Positions 46,437-56,385 of a stretch of DNA of 63,284 bases are shown here, in pieces; position 1 is the first letter of the stretch; every line of letters begins with the position of its first letter. Where the stretch lies: NCBI GenBank assembly GCA_020250005.1, contig JADCES010000107.1, positions 1 through 63,284 on the forward strand. The letters are read 5' to 3'. Source of the stretch: Roseomonas sp. (lineage in GTDB: Bacteria > Pseudomonadota > Alphaproteobacteria > Acetobacterales > Acetobacteraceae). Both the position numbers and the translations under genes were made by a program. The notes beneath the pieces are model-generated. The model was not told where the DNA came from. It saw only the letters and a list, made by a program, of their open reading frames with translations, and made no database searches.

Positions 46437-46439
46437 ACC

Positions 46440-47513
46440 ATGTCGGGCAGCAGCGGCGGCAATGAGGAAGGCGGCCAGGATAAGACAGAAGAAGCCACAC
46501 CAAGGCGGATAGAGAAAGCGCGGGAGGAAGGGCAGATCGCGCTTTCCCGCGAAGTGGTCGGGTTCGTGGCGCTTGGTTTTGCGCTTATCGGCATGACTTT
46601 GGGCCTGCCGCCGCTTGGGGCTGAATTGATGCGCGGCATGCGTGGTATCCTGGAAAATGCGCATCAATTGCAGGTCGGTTTGGTTGGGACCGAAATGATA
46701 CGTCTTGGTCTGCTCGCCGTGCTGCCGGTTCTGGCCTTGGCCATGATCGGCGCCATTGCGGGCACCATGCTGCAAAGCCGCGGGCTGGTTTCGGCCAAGG
46801 GGCTCAAGCCACAATTCTCACGCATCAACCCCGCCTCGGGCATCAAGCGCCTGCTTGGCGTTGAAGGCGGGATCGAATTCCTGCGCACGCTGATCAAGCT
46901 TGGGGTTGTCTGTGCAGCCCTGTGGTGGGCGATTGGTGATTTCAGCGATTTGCGCACCGTTTTGTCCCTGGGGCCCGGCGATCTGCTGCACCTGATGGTA
47001 CGCGCCGCCATGAATCTGTTTATCGCCGCCATGATTGCCTTCGCGGCCATTGCGGTGCTGGATTATTTGGTGGTGCGCTTCCGCCATTTGCACAAGCTGC
47101 GCATGACGCGGCAGGAAGTGCGTGAGGAAGTGAAGGAAAGCGAAGGCGACCCAATGATCAAGGGTCGGATCAAGAACATTCGCATGGCGCGCGCGCGCCG
47201 GCGCATGATGGCAGCCGTGCCCAAGGCGGCCGTCGTGATCACCAACCCAACCCATTACGCCGTGGCGCTTGCCTATGACGAAAACTCCCAGGCAGCGCCA
47301 AAGGTGGTGGCGAAAGGCACGGAAGCGGTCGCGGCACGCATCCGCGCCCTGGCCGAGGAATCCAATGTGCCGCTGGTATCCAACCCACCTTTGGCACGGG
47401 CACTGTTCAAGCTGGAATTGGAAACCGAAATCCCGGCCGAGCATTACCAGGCCGTTGCTGAAATCATCGCCTATGTCTGGCGCTTGCGCGGCCGCGCCGG
47501 AGCGGCCGCGTGA
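46440..47513 (+). CDS. flhB: Flagellar export protein
   Basis: KTEEAT, EGDP and NPTH autocleavage motifs. Confidence 0.97.
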   Translation: MSGSSGGNEEGGQDKTEEATPRRIEKAREEGQIALSREVVGFVALGFALIGMTLGLPPLGAELMRGMRGILENAHQLQVGLVGTEMIRLGLLAVLPVLALAMIGAIAGTMLQSRGLVSAKGLKPQFSRINPASGIKRLLGVEGGIEFLRTLIKLGVVCAALWWAIGDFSDLRTVLSLGPGDLLHLMVRAAMNLFIAAMIAFAAIAVLDYLVVRFRHLHKLRMTRQEVREEVKESEGDPMIKGRIKNIRMARARRRMMAAVPKAAVVITNPTHYAVALAYDENSQAAPKVVAKGTEAVAARIRALAEESNVPLVSNPPLARALFKLELETEIPAEHYQAVAEIIAYVWRLRGRAGAAA

Positions 47514-49030
47514 CCAGCCGGGCTGAGGCAGCGGCGGATTCCTTCCGTCGGCTTTTTGAGTCGGAGGAAGAAGCCGGGCTTGCCGTACTGGATTCGGAAG
47601 GGCGCATCCGCGCTGCGAGTGCAGTGCTTGAACGACTATGCGCTGATGGCCCGGCGCCAGGGCCAGGGCGCGATCCCGCGCTGCTGTTTGCGGAAGCCAG
47701 CCAGGATGCGGTGCGCCAGATCATTTCCGTCGCACTGGCCGGACCACCCGCGCCGCCGGCGGTTGAAGCGAAACTCGCCGCGCCCGACCAGGCGCCCGAT
47801 GCGGCGGTGGAGGTGCATTGCCGCCCCCTACGCGGAGAGGCTGGCGCCCTGTTGCGCGTTCTTGACATCACGGCGCGGCGGCGGCGGCAGGCACAGTTGG
47901 AAGAAGCGGCGCGGCTGGAAGCGGTAGGGCGGCTTGCCGGCGGTGTTGCGCATGATTTCAACAATCTATTGGCCGCCGTCGGCGCGGCAGCGGAAACCGC
48001 GCTGGCACGCGGGCAGGATACCGCGACAGCCGAAGATTTGCGCCAGATATTGGACAGCGCCGGGCGCGGCGCGCGGCTGGTGCGCCAGCTTCTGGCCTTT
48101 GCCAGCCGGCAGGCGGTCCAGCCGCGCGTTGTAGCCCTGGATCGCGCGGTGGATGGCATGGCGCCGCTGCTGGCCCGGCTTTTAGGCCGGCGCATCCCGA
48201 TCACGCTTGATCTTGAACGGCCCGGCCCCTGCGCCCGCGTGGACCCCAGCCATATTGACCAGGCGCTGATGAATCTGGCGGTGAATGCGCGTGATGCCAT
48301 GCCGCAGGGCGGCAAGCTCCATATCTCCGTCAAAAGCCGCGACCTACAAGCGCCCGAACCGGCGCAGGGCGGCACCATTACCCCTGGCAACTGGGCGGTG
48401 CTGGAGGTGCAGGATGAAGGCGCGGGGATGGAGCCCGAGCAAATCTCCCGCATTTTTGAGCCCTTCTACACCACCAAGCGCGATGGCGGTGGCACGGGGC
48501 TTGGGCTTTCGACCGTGCTTGGCATTTTGCGGCAATCGGGTGGGCATGTATCGGTCCGTTCCCGCCCCGGTGAGGGCAGCAGCTTTCGCCTCTGGTTTCC
48601 GCGCGTCGCGGCTGAACCTGATGCGCCGGTTGCGCATACGCCGGGCATTCATGCCATTGGTGCTGGTCGGCGCCTGCTGCTGGTGGAAGATGAGGCACCG
48701 CTACACCGCCTGCTGACCCGCGCGCTCACGACCGCGGGTTATGAGGTAACGGCGGTGGAAGATGGCGAAGCTGCACTTGGTGCCATCGCCGCTGGCCTCA
48801 AGCCCGATCTGGTGATTTCAGATGTCGCCATGCCGGGCAGCATTGATGGCCTAACCCTCGCGCGGCGTCTGCGGGAAATGCAGCCCGATCTGCCTGTTGT
48901 CCTGATGTCCGGCTATGCCGAGGGTACTTTGAGCGGCGAGGTAGTGTCCGAAAATTTTATGTTTCTGCAAAAACCCTTCCGCATTTCCGGCATGCTTTCC
49001 CAGGTCGCAGCCGCACTCACGCGGCGTTGA
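47510..49030 (+). CDS. cckA: Hybrid histidine kinase / receiver (CckA-like)
   Basis: GGVAHDFNNLL, NLAVNARDAM and GTGLGL motifs; C-terminal REC; position directly after flhB. Confidence 0.72.
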   Translation: MTSRAEAAADSFRRLFESEEEAGLAVLDSEGRIRAASAVLERLCADGPAPGPGRDPALLFAEASQDAVRQIISVALAGPPAPPAVEAKLAAPDQAPDAAVEVHCRPLRGEAGALLRVLDITARRRRQAQLEEAARLEAVGRLAGGVAHDFNNLLAAVGAAAETALARGQDTATAEDLRQILDSAGRGARLVRQLLAFASRQAVQPRVVALDRAVDGMAPLLARLLGRRIPITLDLERPGPCARVDPSHIDQALMNLAVNARDAMPQGGKLHISVKSRDLQAPEPAQGGTITPGNWAVLEVQDEGAGMEPEQISRIFEPFYTTKRDGGGTGLGLSTVLGILRQSGGHVSVRSRPGEGSSFRLWFPRVAAEPDAPVAHTPGIHAIGAGRRLLLVEDEAPLHRLLTRALTTAGYEVTAVEDGEAALGAIAAGLKPDLVISDVAMPGSIDGLTLARRLREMQPDLPVVLMSGYAEGTLSGEVVSENFMFLQKPFRISGMLSQVAAALTRR

Positions 49031-49081
49031 TGTTGCAGCGCCAGCCTTCGACAGGACTGAGCCCTATCAGCTGATCGGCGA

Positions 49082-49843
49082 CTACACCAAGGATTGAGCG
49101 ATCGCTTCAATATCCAAGGCCGCCGCTGCGCTGGGATGGCGCGTCAGCAGGGCGGCCTGATGGCGAATCGCATCTCGCACCTTGCCGTCGCGACGCACAA
49201 TGCCCGCCAAGGGAATTTCGCGCTTGAGAAAGGCACCGGCAGCGCGGCGCAGCGCCTCATAGGTGCGCTGCCCACTCGCGCGATCATCGGCCATATTCAC
49301 GACAATGCGCGAAACGCCCTTGGGATTGTCCATGCCATGCAGTTTCAGCACGGCATAGGCATCGGTCAGGCTGGTGGGTTCTTCGGTCGCCACCACCAGC
49401 AGCAAATCCGCCGCCGCCGCGATGCGCCGCTGCGCCATATCAAGCCCGGCGCCGAGATCAACCACAACATCCTGCCATTGCTGCTTGGCGCTGCCGAGCG
49501 CCGAGAGGAAAGCGTCCAGCGCCGCAGGGCTGAGAGAGGCAAGCGCACCGGATCCGGAACGCCCCGCCAGCACATCAAACCCCCCATCCGGGATGCGCGT
49601 TGCGGCTTCAACCGGCGTCATTTTCCCGGCAAGTACTGCGGAAAGATCGCGATCCGGCTGAATGCCAAGCTGCACGTCAATATTCGCAAGGCCGAGATCA
49701 GCGTCCGCCAACAGCACACGACGGCCGCGGCGTGCCAGTGCCTGGGCCAGGCTGATGGAAAACCAAGTCTTGCCAACGCCCCCCTTGCCGGAAGCGACGA
49801 CAATCATGCGACCGATGAATTGGGCAGGATTGGCATGCGACAT
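49082..49843 (-). CDS. flhG: MinD/ParA family flagellar ATPase
   Basis: SGKGGVGKT, DADLGLAN and EPTSLTDAYA motifs; follows flhF. Confidence 0.88.
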   Translation of the reverse strand: MSHANPAQFIGRMIVVASGKGGVGKTWFSISLAQALARRGRRVLLADADLGLANIDVQLGIQPDRDLSAVLAGKMTPVEAATRIPDGGFDVLAGRSGSGALASLSPAALDAFLSALGSAKQQWQDVVVDLGAGLDMAQRRIAAAADLLLVVATEEPTSLTDAYAVLKLHGMDNPKGVSRIVVNMADDRASGQRTYEALRRAAGAFLKREIPLAGIVRRDGKVRDAIRHQAALLTRHPSAAAALDIEAIAQSLV

Positions 49844-50763
49844 CAAAAAACATCCTTGCCGGTCGTGCCGGCGGCGCGATTGGGCGCGGCAAGCAGGCGC
49901 GCGGCCAAAGCTTCAGGGGTTATGGCTTGAAGCCCATCCGCAACTTCCGGGCCAATGCCCGCTTCGGTCAGGGCAAGCGGCCCCGCCTTTGCGGCCATCA
50001 GCACACTCCCCAAGCGCCGCGCCGCATCAAGCCGGGTCGGCAAAAGATACCGCGCACCGAGCGCGGCAAAGGCGCGCGCCAGATCGCCCGCTTCAGCAGC
50101 ATCAAGCCCGGCGGGCATTACCAGCGCCATATCCGCCCCTGCCTGAATGACAAGCTGGTGCAAGTGCCGCGCATGTTCCGCATTGAAGGGGTCGCAGCCG
50201 GCGGTATCGATCAACACTGGTTGACCGGGGCTGCGATGCGTCAGCGCCTTGGCCAGCATGGCCTGTGTTGGTGCGACCGCCAGCGTCACGCTCAATACCC
50301 GGGTGAAGGAAGCCAATTGTTCGACAGCGCCGGCGCGTTGACCATCGGTGGTGATGACCAGGGGCGGTATTCCGGCCAATACCATCCGCGTCGCCAGCTT
50401 CGCGGTTGTCAGGGTCTTGCCGGCGCCTGGCGGACCGCAGAGCAGCAAGGGGCGTTCACGACCACCCGGCAAGGCTGTGAAGCTCAGCGCCTCAGCCAGA
50501 TTGTGCTCCAAGGGGCCGCGCGCGAGGCTGCCCAGCAATTCCTGCGGAATATTGTGAAAATCGAGCGGACCGGGCGGCGCAAAGGGGGCCGCGCTGGTCA
50601 ATGGCTGGATCAGCAGGGGTTCATCCGGCTCCAGCGCCGCAGTGACCTCCACCCCATGGCGCGTGCGGCGCTGTTCCAGGATGATGGCATCGGCGCCAAG
50701 TTCCGCGCGGATTTGCACCATTGCTTCGGCCATGGTCGCGGATTGGAACAGCTTGACGCGCAT
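49843..50763 (-). CDS. flhF: SRP-like flagellar GTPase
   Basis: MRVKLF..TMAEAM..IRAELG; GPPGAGKT, DTAG and TRLD motifs. Confidence 0.88.
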   Translation of the reverse strand: MRVKLFQSATMAEAMVQIRAELGADAIILEQRRTRHGVEVTAALEPDEPLLIQPLTSAAPFAPPGPLDFHNIPQELLGSLARGPLEHNLAEALSFTALPGGRERPLLLCGPPGAGKTLTTAKLATRMVLAGIPPLVITTDGQRAGAVEQLASFTRVLSVTLAVAPTQAMLAKALTHRSPGQPVLIDTAGCDPFNAEHARHLHQLVIQAGADMALVMPAGLDAAEAGDLARAFAALGARYLLPTRLDAARRLGSVLMAAKAGPLALTEAGIGPEVADGLQAITPEALAARLLAAPNRAAGTTGKDVF

Positions 50764-50831
50764 TGCCTCAGCAAGCCTTGGGCAGCGCGGCGGCCACCCC
50801 TGCGAAGCTACCCGAGCAAGATGTCATTGGC

Positions 50832-52901
50832 CTAGAGCGACCCCACCGTGCGGATGCGCGCACGCGGATGGATTTCGGTATGCGCGAGCACCGGGGTTGA
50901 AGGGCGGAAGCGCTCGACAATGGCACGCACATGGGCGCGAATGGCGCCCGAACAGACCAGTACGGGCTGCTCACCCATGGCATTTGCCTTGTCGAAAACA
51001 TCACGCAGCTTTTGCATGAACTCCGACAGCTTGGAAGGTGCCATGGCAAGCTGCCGATCATCCGGCGGGCCAATCAGCGCTTCCGTGAAGGCCACTTCCC
51101 AATCGGCTGACAGCGTGATCATGGGCACATAGCCTTCAGGACCACGCGCGGCATCCGAAAGCTGGCGCGCCAGACGCTGGCGCACAATCGCCAGAATGGA
51201 CGCCACGGTGCGGGCGCCGGCGGCATTCGCCTCCTGAACGCCTTCCAGGATGGTCGGCAGGTCACGAATGGAAACCCGTTCCGCGAGCAGGCTTTGCAGA
51301 ATGCGCTGAATGCCGCCAACGCCGATCGGCTGCGGTACCAGATCAGAAACGAGCTTCTTCTGTTCCGCCGGCATTTCATCCAGCAATTTCTGGGTCTCGG
51401 CGAAGGAAAGCAGCTCCGCCATATATTCGCGGACGATTTCGGTGATGTGCGTCGCGACCACCCCGGCGCAATCCACAACCGTGCAGCCGCGCGCCAGCGC
51501 TTCCTCACGCCGCGCTTCATCTATCCAAAGCGCGGGCAGGCCGAAGGTTGGTTCCGTGCAGCGTTCGCCGGGCATATCCGGAATGCCGCCCGATGGATCA
51601 ATCGCGAGCAGCAAGGGGTGGCGCAATTGTCCCCGCCCTGCCTCAATCTCCTTCACCTTGATGCTGTAGGTATCGGATGGCAGGGCAAGATTATCCTGGA
51701 TGCGCACGGAAGGCAGGACAAAGCCCATTTCCTGCGCAATGGTACGGCGCAGCCCCTTGATCTGTTCCGTCAGCCGCGGCGCATCGCCGGCAGCAAGCGA
51801 GAGCAGCCCATAGCCCAATTCCAGCCGCAGCAAATCCATCTTGAGGGATTCGGCAATGGGCAGATCAGCCTCTGGCGTTGGCAGGGGCGGTTTGCTGGCG
51901 TCAATGACGCGCTGCTGTTCCTTTTGCGAGAGACGCCAGGCGCCATAGCCTGCCGCACCCGCCAGGGCCACAAAGGGCAGAAATGGCATGCCCGGCATCA
52001 GCGCCATCACGCCAGAAGCGCCGGCAGCGATAGCGAGCGGCTTGGGGCTTGAGGCCAATTGTTCGATCAGCGCCTGATCCGTTGTGCCTTCCGTACTGCC
52101 CTTGGTGACCACGATACCGGCAGCGACCGAAACCAGCAGCGCCGGGATTTGCGTGACCAGCCCATCACCCACCGTCAGCATGGAAAAATTCGTCACGGCA
52201 TCGCCAAAGCCCATGCCATGGCGCAGCAAGCCAATGGCAATGCCGCCCACCAGGTTGATGGCCGTGATGATCAGCCCCGCAATGGCATCGCCACGGACGA
52301 ATTTCGCGGCACCATCCATGGCGCCGTAAAAGCCGGTTTCCGCTTCCAATTCCTTGCGCCGCGCGCGGGCCTGGTTTTCATCAATCAGCCCCGCCGACAA
52401 ATCGGCATCAATCGCCATTTGCTTGCCGGGCATGGCATCCAGGCTGAAGCGTGCGGCAACCTCGGCGATGCGCCCGCTGCCCTTGGTGATGACCACGAAA
52501 TTCACGATCAGCAGGATGAAGAAGACAATCAGCCCAACCGCGACATCGCCGCCCATCAGGAAGCCGCCAAAGGCGGAAATGACATGGCCCGCTGATTCCG
52601 GCCCCTCATGCCCATGGGTCAGGATGATGCGCGTGGTTGCCACATTCAGTGAAAGCCTGAGCAGCGTGGTCAGCAGCAGCAGGGTCGGGAAAGACGTGAA
52701 ATCGAGCGGTCGCTGCAGGAACAGCGACGTCATCAGCACAAGGACGGAAAGCGTGATGGAAATCGCGAGCCCCAGATCAAGCAGGAACACCGGCAGCGGC
52801 ACAATAAGCACCACCAGCAGCAACGCGACGCCCAGCGCGAGTGCCACGTCATTGCCGGGCTGGGCACGCTTTAGCCAGGAGGGGAGTAGCGTTTCTGACA
52901 C
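50832..52901 (-). CDS. flhA: Flagellar export apparatus protein
   Basis: RFSLDAMPGKQMAIDAD, FYGAMDGA and GDGLVTQIP motifs. Confidence 0.97.
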   Translation of the reverse strand: MSETLLPSWLKRAQPGNDVALALGVALLLVVLIVPLPVFLLDLGLAISITLSVLVLMTSLFLQRPLDFTSFPTLLLLTTLLRLSLNVATTRIILTHGHEGPESAGHVISAFGGFLMGGDVAVGLIVFFILLIVNFVVITKGSGRIAEVAARFSLDAMPGKQMAIDADLSAGLIDENQARARRKELEAETGFYGAMDGAAKFVRGDAIAGLIITAINLVGGIAIGLLRHGMGFGDAVTNFSMLTVGDGLVTQIPALLVSVAAGIVVTKGSTEGTTDQALIEQLASSPKPLAIAAGASGVMALMPGMPFLPFVALAGAAGYGAWRLSQKEQQRVIDASKPPLPTPEADLPIAESLKMDLLRLELGYGLLSLAAGDAPRLTEQIKGLRRTIAQEMGFVLPSVRIQDNLALPSDTYSIKVKEIEAGRGQLRHPLLLAIDPSGGIPDMPGERCTEPTFGLPALWIDEARREEALARGCTVVDCAGVVATHITEIVREYMAELLSFAETQKLLDEMPAEQKKLVSDLVPQPIGVGGIQRILQSLLAERVSIRDLPTILEGVQEANAAGARTVASILAIVRQRLARQLSDAARGPEGYVPMITLSADWEVAFTEALIGPPDDRQLAMAPSKLSEFMQKLRDVFDKANAMGEQPVLVCSGAIRAHVRAIVERFRPSTPVLAHTEIHPRARIRTVGSL

Positions 52902-52906
52902 GCGCT

Positions 52907-54331
52907 TCAGTCAACCACGGCAGAGGCTGGCATCTGCCCGGGGATGGGCGGCACCGCGACGCCAGCGGCGCGGTATTCATGCAGCTTGTTGCGCAAGGTG
53001 CGGATGGAAATGCCAAGCATCTCCGCCGCGCGGGTGCGATTGCCCAGGCAATGGGACAGGGTTTCCAGGATCAATTCCCGCTCCACCTCCTCCATCCGGC
53101 GTCCAACCAGGGCCGAGGCGCCACGCGGCGCGGGCGCGGCTTGGGCGGCTGGCGCCGGTGCTGGCGTCACAGGCGGTGGTGCAGCTTCGGGCATGGCGGC
53201 CGTGATGGGGGCAGCCATGGCTGCCACCGATACAGGCGACATCAATTCTATCGCATCGGCGCCAATCGTGCTGCCTTCGGCCAAAAGCACGGCACGATGG
53301 ATGGCATTTTCCAATTCGCGCACATTGCCGGGCCAGGGGTGGCGCAGCAGCATCGCCTCGGCTTCTGGCGTGAGCAGGCGAAGGGGCAAGCCATTTGCCT
53401 GGGCGTAGCGCTCTGCGAAATAGCGGGCGAGGGGCAGAATATCCGCCGGGCGTTCCCTGAGGGATGGGATGCGCAGCCGCACCACCGCAAGCCTGAAGTA
53501 AAGGTCTTCGCGGAAGCGCCCCCTGGCGACTTCGGCCTGAAGATCACGATGCGTCGCGGCCAGGATGCGCACATCAACCCGAATGGGTGCCGTGCCGCCC
53601 AGGCGATCTATTTCGCGTTCCTGGATGGCGCGCAGGATCTTGGCTTGCAGGCGCGGGTCCATTTCGCCGATTTCATCAAGCAGCAGCGTGCCGCCATTGG
53701 CCTGTTCAAACTTGCCCTTGCGCGCCGCGACGGCACCGGAAAAGGCGCCCTTTTCATGGCCGAATAATTCGCTTTCCAGCAGGGCTTCCGGCAGTGCGGC
53801 GCAATTCAGGGCCACAAAGGGGCCATTGGCGCGGCGCGACGCCGCGTGCATATGCCGCGCCAGCACTTCCTTGCCGGTGCCGCTTTCCCCTGTGATCAGT
53901 ACCGATGCATCGGCGCGCGCGATCTGGGTTGCACGATCCAAAAGCGCCACCATGGCCGGATCCTTGACCACGGGCTTGTCAGCCTCACCGGCCACGGTTT
54001 GCAGCATCGCGGCAATCAGTTCCGCATCGGGCGGCAGTGGCAGGAATTCCTTGGCGCCGGCGCGAATGGCGCGCACGGCGGCATCGGCATCATTCGGTCG
54101 CCCGCAAGCGATGACGGGGCAGGCAATGCGTTCTTCAGCAAGGCAGGAAATCAGCCAACCGACATCATGCGTCACATCACACAGCACCAGATCCGCGCCT
54201 TCGGCGCGCAGCCTTGCAAGCCCCGCTGCCGCCCCTTCGGCAACGGTCAACCGCGCGCCGCGGGCAACGGCAATCCGCGCCGCCTGGCCGAGTTCCGCTT
54301 CCAATGACCCGATGATCAGAACACGCGCCAT
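52907..54331 (-). CDS. flbD: Sigma54-dependent flagellar enhancer-binding protein
   Basis: GESGTGKE, ESELFGHEKGAFSGA, LLDEIGE and WPGNVREL motifs, HTH; position between fliN and flhA. Confidence 0.9.
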   Translation of the reverse strand: MARVLIIGSLEAELGQAARIAVARGARLTVAEGAAAGLARLRAEGADLVLCDVTHDVGWLISCLAEERIACPVIACGRPNDADAAVRAIRAGAKEFLPLPPDAELIAAMLQTVAGEADKPVVKDPAMVALLDRATQIARADASVLITGESGTGKEVLARHMHAASRRANGPFVALNCAALPEALLESELFGHEKGAFSGAVAARKGKFEQANGGTLLLDEIGEMDPRLQAKILRAIQEREIDRLGGTAPIRVDVRILAATHRDLQAEVARGRFREDLYFRLAVVRLRIPSLRERPADILPLARYFAERYAQANGLPLRLLTPEAEAMLLRHPWPGNVRELENAIHRAVLLAEGSTIGADAIELMSPVSVAAMAAPITAAMPEAAPPPVTPAPAPAAQAAPAPRGASALVGRRMEEVERELILETLSHCLGNRTRAAEMLGISIRTLRNKLHEYRAAGVAVPPIPGQMPASAVVD

Positions 54332-54332
54332 G

Positions 54333-54659
54333 TTACCCGCCGCGATCGGATTTCACGATTTCCGTCATGGTGATGCCAAGGCGATTATCATCCACCATCA
54401 CCACTTCGCCGCGCGCGACCAGGCGGTTATTGACGTAGATGTCCACTGCCTCACCCAGGCGGCGGTCCAATTCCACCACCGCGCCGCGGCCAAGCTTCAA
54501 CAATTGGCTGACCTGCATGGTGGCGCGGCCCAGCACGGCGCTTATTTGCACCGGAATGTCATAAACCGCATCCAGATCCCGCATGGTTGTGGCTTGACCT
54601 TGCGGGCGCTGATCCTGCGCCGGTGGGGCCATGGCTTCGAAATTATCGGATCCGCTCAT
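54333..54659 (-). CDS. fliN: Flagellar motor switch protein
   Basis: DIPVQISAVLG and VNNRLVARGEVV motifs. Confidence 0.95.
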   Translation of the reverse strand: MSGSDNFEAMAPPAQDQRPQGQATTMRDLDAVYDIPVQISAVLGRATMQVSQLLKLGRGAVVELDRRLGEAVDIYVNNRLVARGEVVMVDDNRLGITMTEIVKSDRGG

Positions 54660-54727
54660 GTCATTTCATCCTAAAGCTTTGGGCCTTCCGAAGGCTGGCC
54701 GGTTTCAGAAGAAGGGCCAGCGCCAGA

Positions 54728-55387
54728 TCACCCTTTTTGATGATCAGGTTGCAGGTCAATGCCGGCGGCGCTGAGCGCCTCGGCAATTGCGGCACGGCGC
54801 TTGGCAAGATCGAATTCGGCACCACCGCCCTGCCAGGATGCGCGCGCATCGCCCGGGGCAAGGGCCGCATCCGGCACCAGGGTGACGGCAAGATCACCCA
54901 CCAGGGCGCGCACATCGTCCATCAGGCTTGGCGCGATATGCAAATGTGCCTCGGGCAGGAAGGCCAATGCAGGGCGCAGCCTTTCGGCAAAATCCGCCAC
55001 CAGCGTTGCACTTTGCTGCGCGGCAAGCCCCGGCAAAGCCGCATCCAGCATGGCGAGCGCCACACGCGCTACACCGCGGCTGGCCTCAGCGGCAATATCG
55101 GCCGAGGCCGCCTGGCTGGCCGCCAATTGCTTGGCGATAAGCCCAAGGCTTTCCGCGGCGCGCTGCGCCACTTCCTGGGTCATGGAAGCCCGGCCGGCAG
55201 CAAAGCCATCCTCCCGCGCGGCCGCAGCCACGGCGCGGAGCGTTTCTTCCATGGGATCGGGCTCAGGCGGTGGCGGCGGCATGCGCGCCGCTTCTTCCCG
55301 CGCAGCGTCCAGGGCCTCAATCAGCGATGTGGGGGCGAATTCCCGCAAGAGTGCAATGCGCGAGACCGGGACAAAGCCGTCTGACAT
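54728..55387 (-). CDS. fliH: Flagellar assembly protein FliH-like
   Basis: REDGFAAG, helical; C-terminal DAALAPGD; between fliG and fliN. Confidence 0.8.
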   Translation of the reverse strand: MSDGFVPVSRIALLREFAPTSLIEALDAAREEAARMPPPPPEPDPMEETLRAVAAAAREDGFAAGRASMTQEVAQRAAESLGLIAKQLAASQAASADIAAEASRGVARVALAMLDAALPGLAAQQSATLVADFAERLRPALAFLPEAHLHIAPSLMDDVRALVGDLAVTLVPDAALAPGDARASWQGGGAEFDLAKRRAAIAEALSAAGIDLQPDHQKG

Positions 55388-56385
55388 CAATACACCATCT
55401 CATCCTCACGCCCTTCCTGGAGCGTGATCTGGCCTTGTGCGGCAAGGTCCTTGGCCATCACCACCACGGCGGCCTGTGCCTCATCCACCTCACGCAGCCT
55501 GACGGGGCCAAGATTGGCCAGGTCTTCCTTGAACATCTTGCCGGCGCGTTCGCTCATGTTCTTGAAGAACAGGTCGCGCAGATTTTCCGAAGCACCCTTG
55601 AGCGCGAGCAGAAGCTGTTCCTTGGGCACATTGCGGATCAGCACCTGCACGCCCATGCCATCCAGGCGCACAAGATCATCGAAGGTGAACATCAGCGCGC
55701 GGATACGCTCGGCCGCGTCGCGGTTGCGTTCTTCCAGCGCGGCCAGGATGCGGCTTTCCGATTGGCGGTCCAGATTGTTGAAGATTTCCGCCATCATTTC
55801 ATGTGCATCGCGGCGTTGCGCGCGCGCAAGGTTCGACATGAATTCGGCCTTGAGGGTCTTCTCCACACCTTCCAAGGCTTCCTTCTGAACGCTTTCCATC
55901 CGCAGCATGCGCATCACAACTTCCATGGCGAAGCTTTCCGGTAGCATGGAAAGCACGCGCGCCGCGTGTTCGGATTTTACCTTGGTCAGCACCACGGCGA
56001 CGGTCTGCGGGTATTCGTTCTTCAGGTAGTTTGCCAGCACCGCCTCATTCACATTGCCGAGCTTGTCCCACATGGTCCGCCCGGCCGGGCCGCGAATTTC
56101 TTCCATGATCTGCGCTACGCGTTCCCTTGGCAGGGTGCGCAGCAGCATCCGTTCCGTGGTCTCCCAGCTACCAACAAGATTGCCTGTCTGGCCGATGGAA
56201 TCGGCGAACTCACGCGCCAGATCTTCAACCGCAGCCGCGGGCACCGTGCCAAGGCTTGCCATGGCCTGGGAAATGTCGCGGATTTCATCCTCATGCATCA
56301 TGGCAAAAAGCTTGGAGGCATGCTCCTCACCCACCGCCAACATGAAGGTCGCGGCCTTTTGCGGGCCGGTCATCTTGCCGCTCAT
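55387..56385 (-). CDS. fliG: Flagellar motor switch protein
   Basis: QKAA, EYPQTVA, MFTFDDL and NMSERA motifs. Confidence 0.96.
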   Translation of the reverse strand: MSGKMTGPQKAATFMLAVGEEHASKLFAMMHEDEIRDISQAMASLGTVPAAAVEDLAREFADSIGQTGNLVGSWETTERMLLRTLPRERVAQIMEEIRGPAGRTMWDKLGNVNEAVLANYLKNEYPQTVAVVLTKVKSEHAARVLSMLPESFAMEVVMRMLRMESVQKEALEGVEKTLKAEFMSNLARAQRRDAHEMMAEIFNNLDRQSESRILAALEERNRDAAERIRALMFTFDDLVRLDGMGVQVLIRNVPKEQLLLALKGASENLRDLFFKNMSERAGKMFKEDLANLGPVRLREVDEAQAAVVVMAKDLAAQGQITLQEGREDEMVY

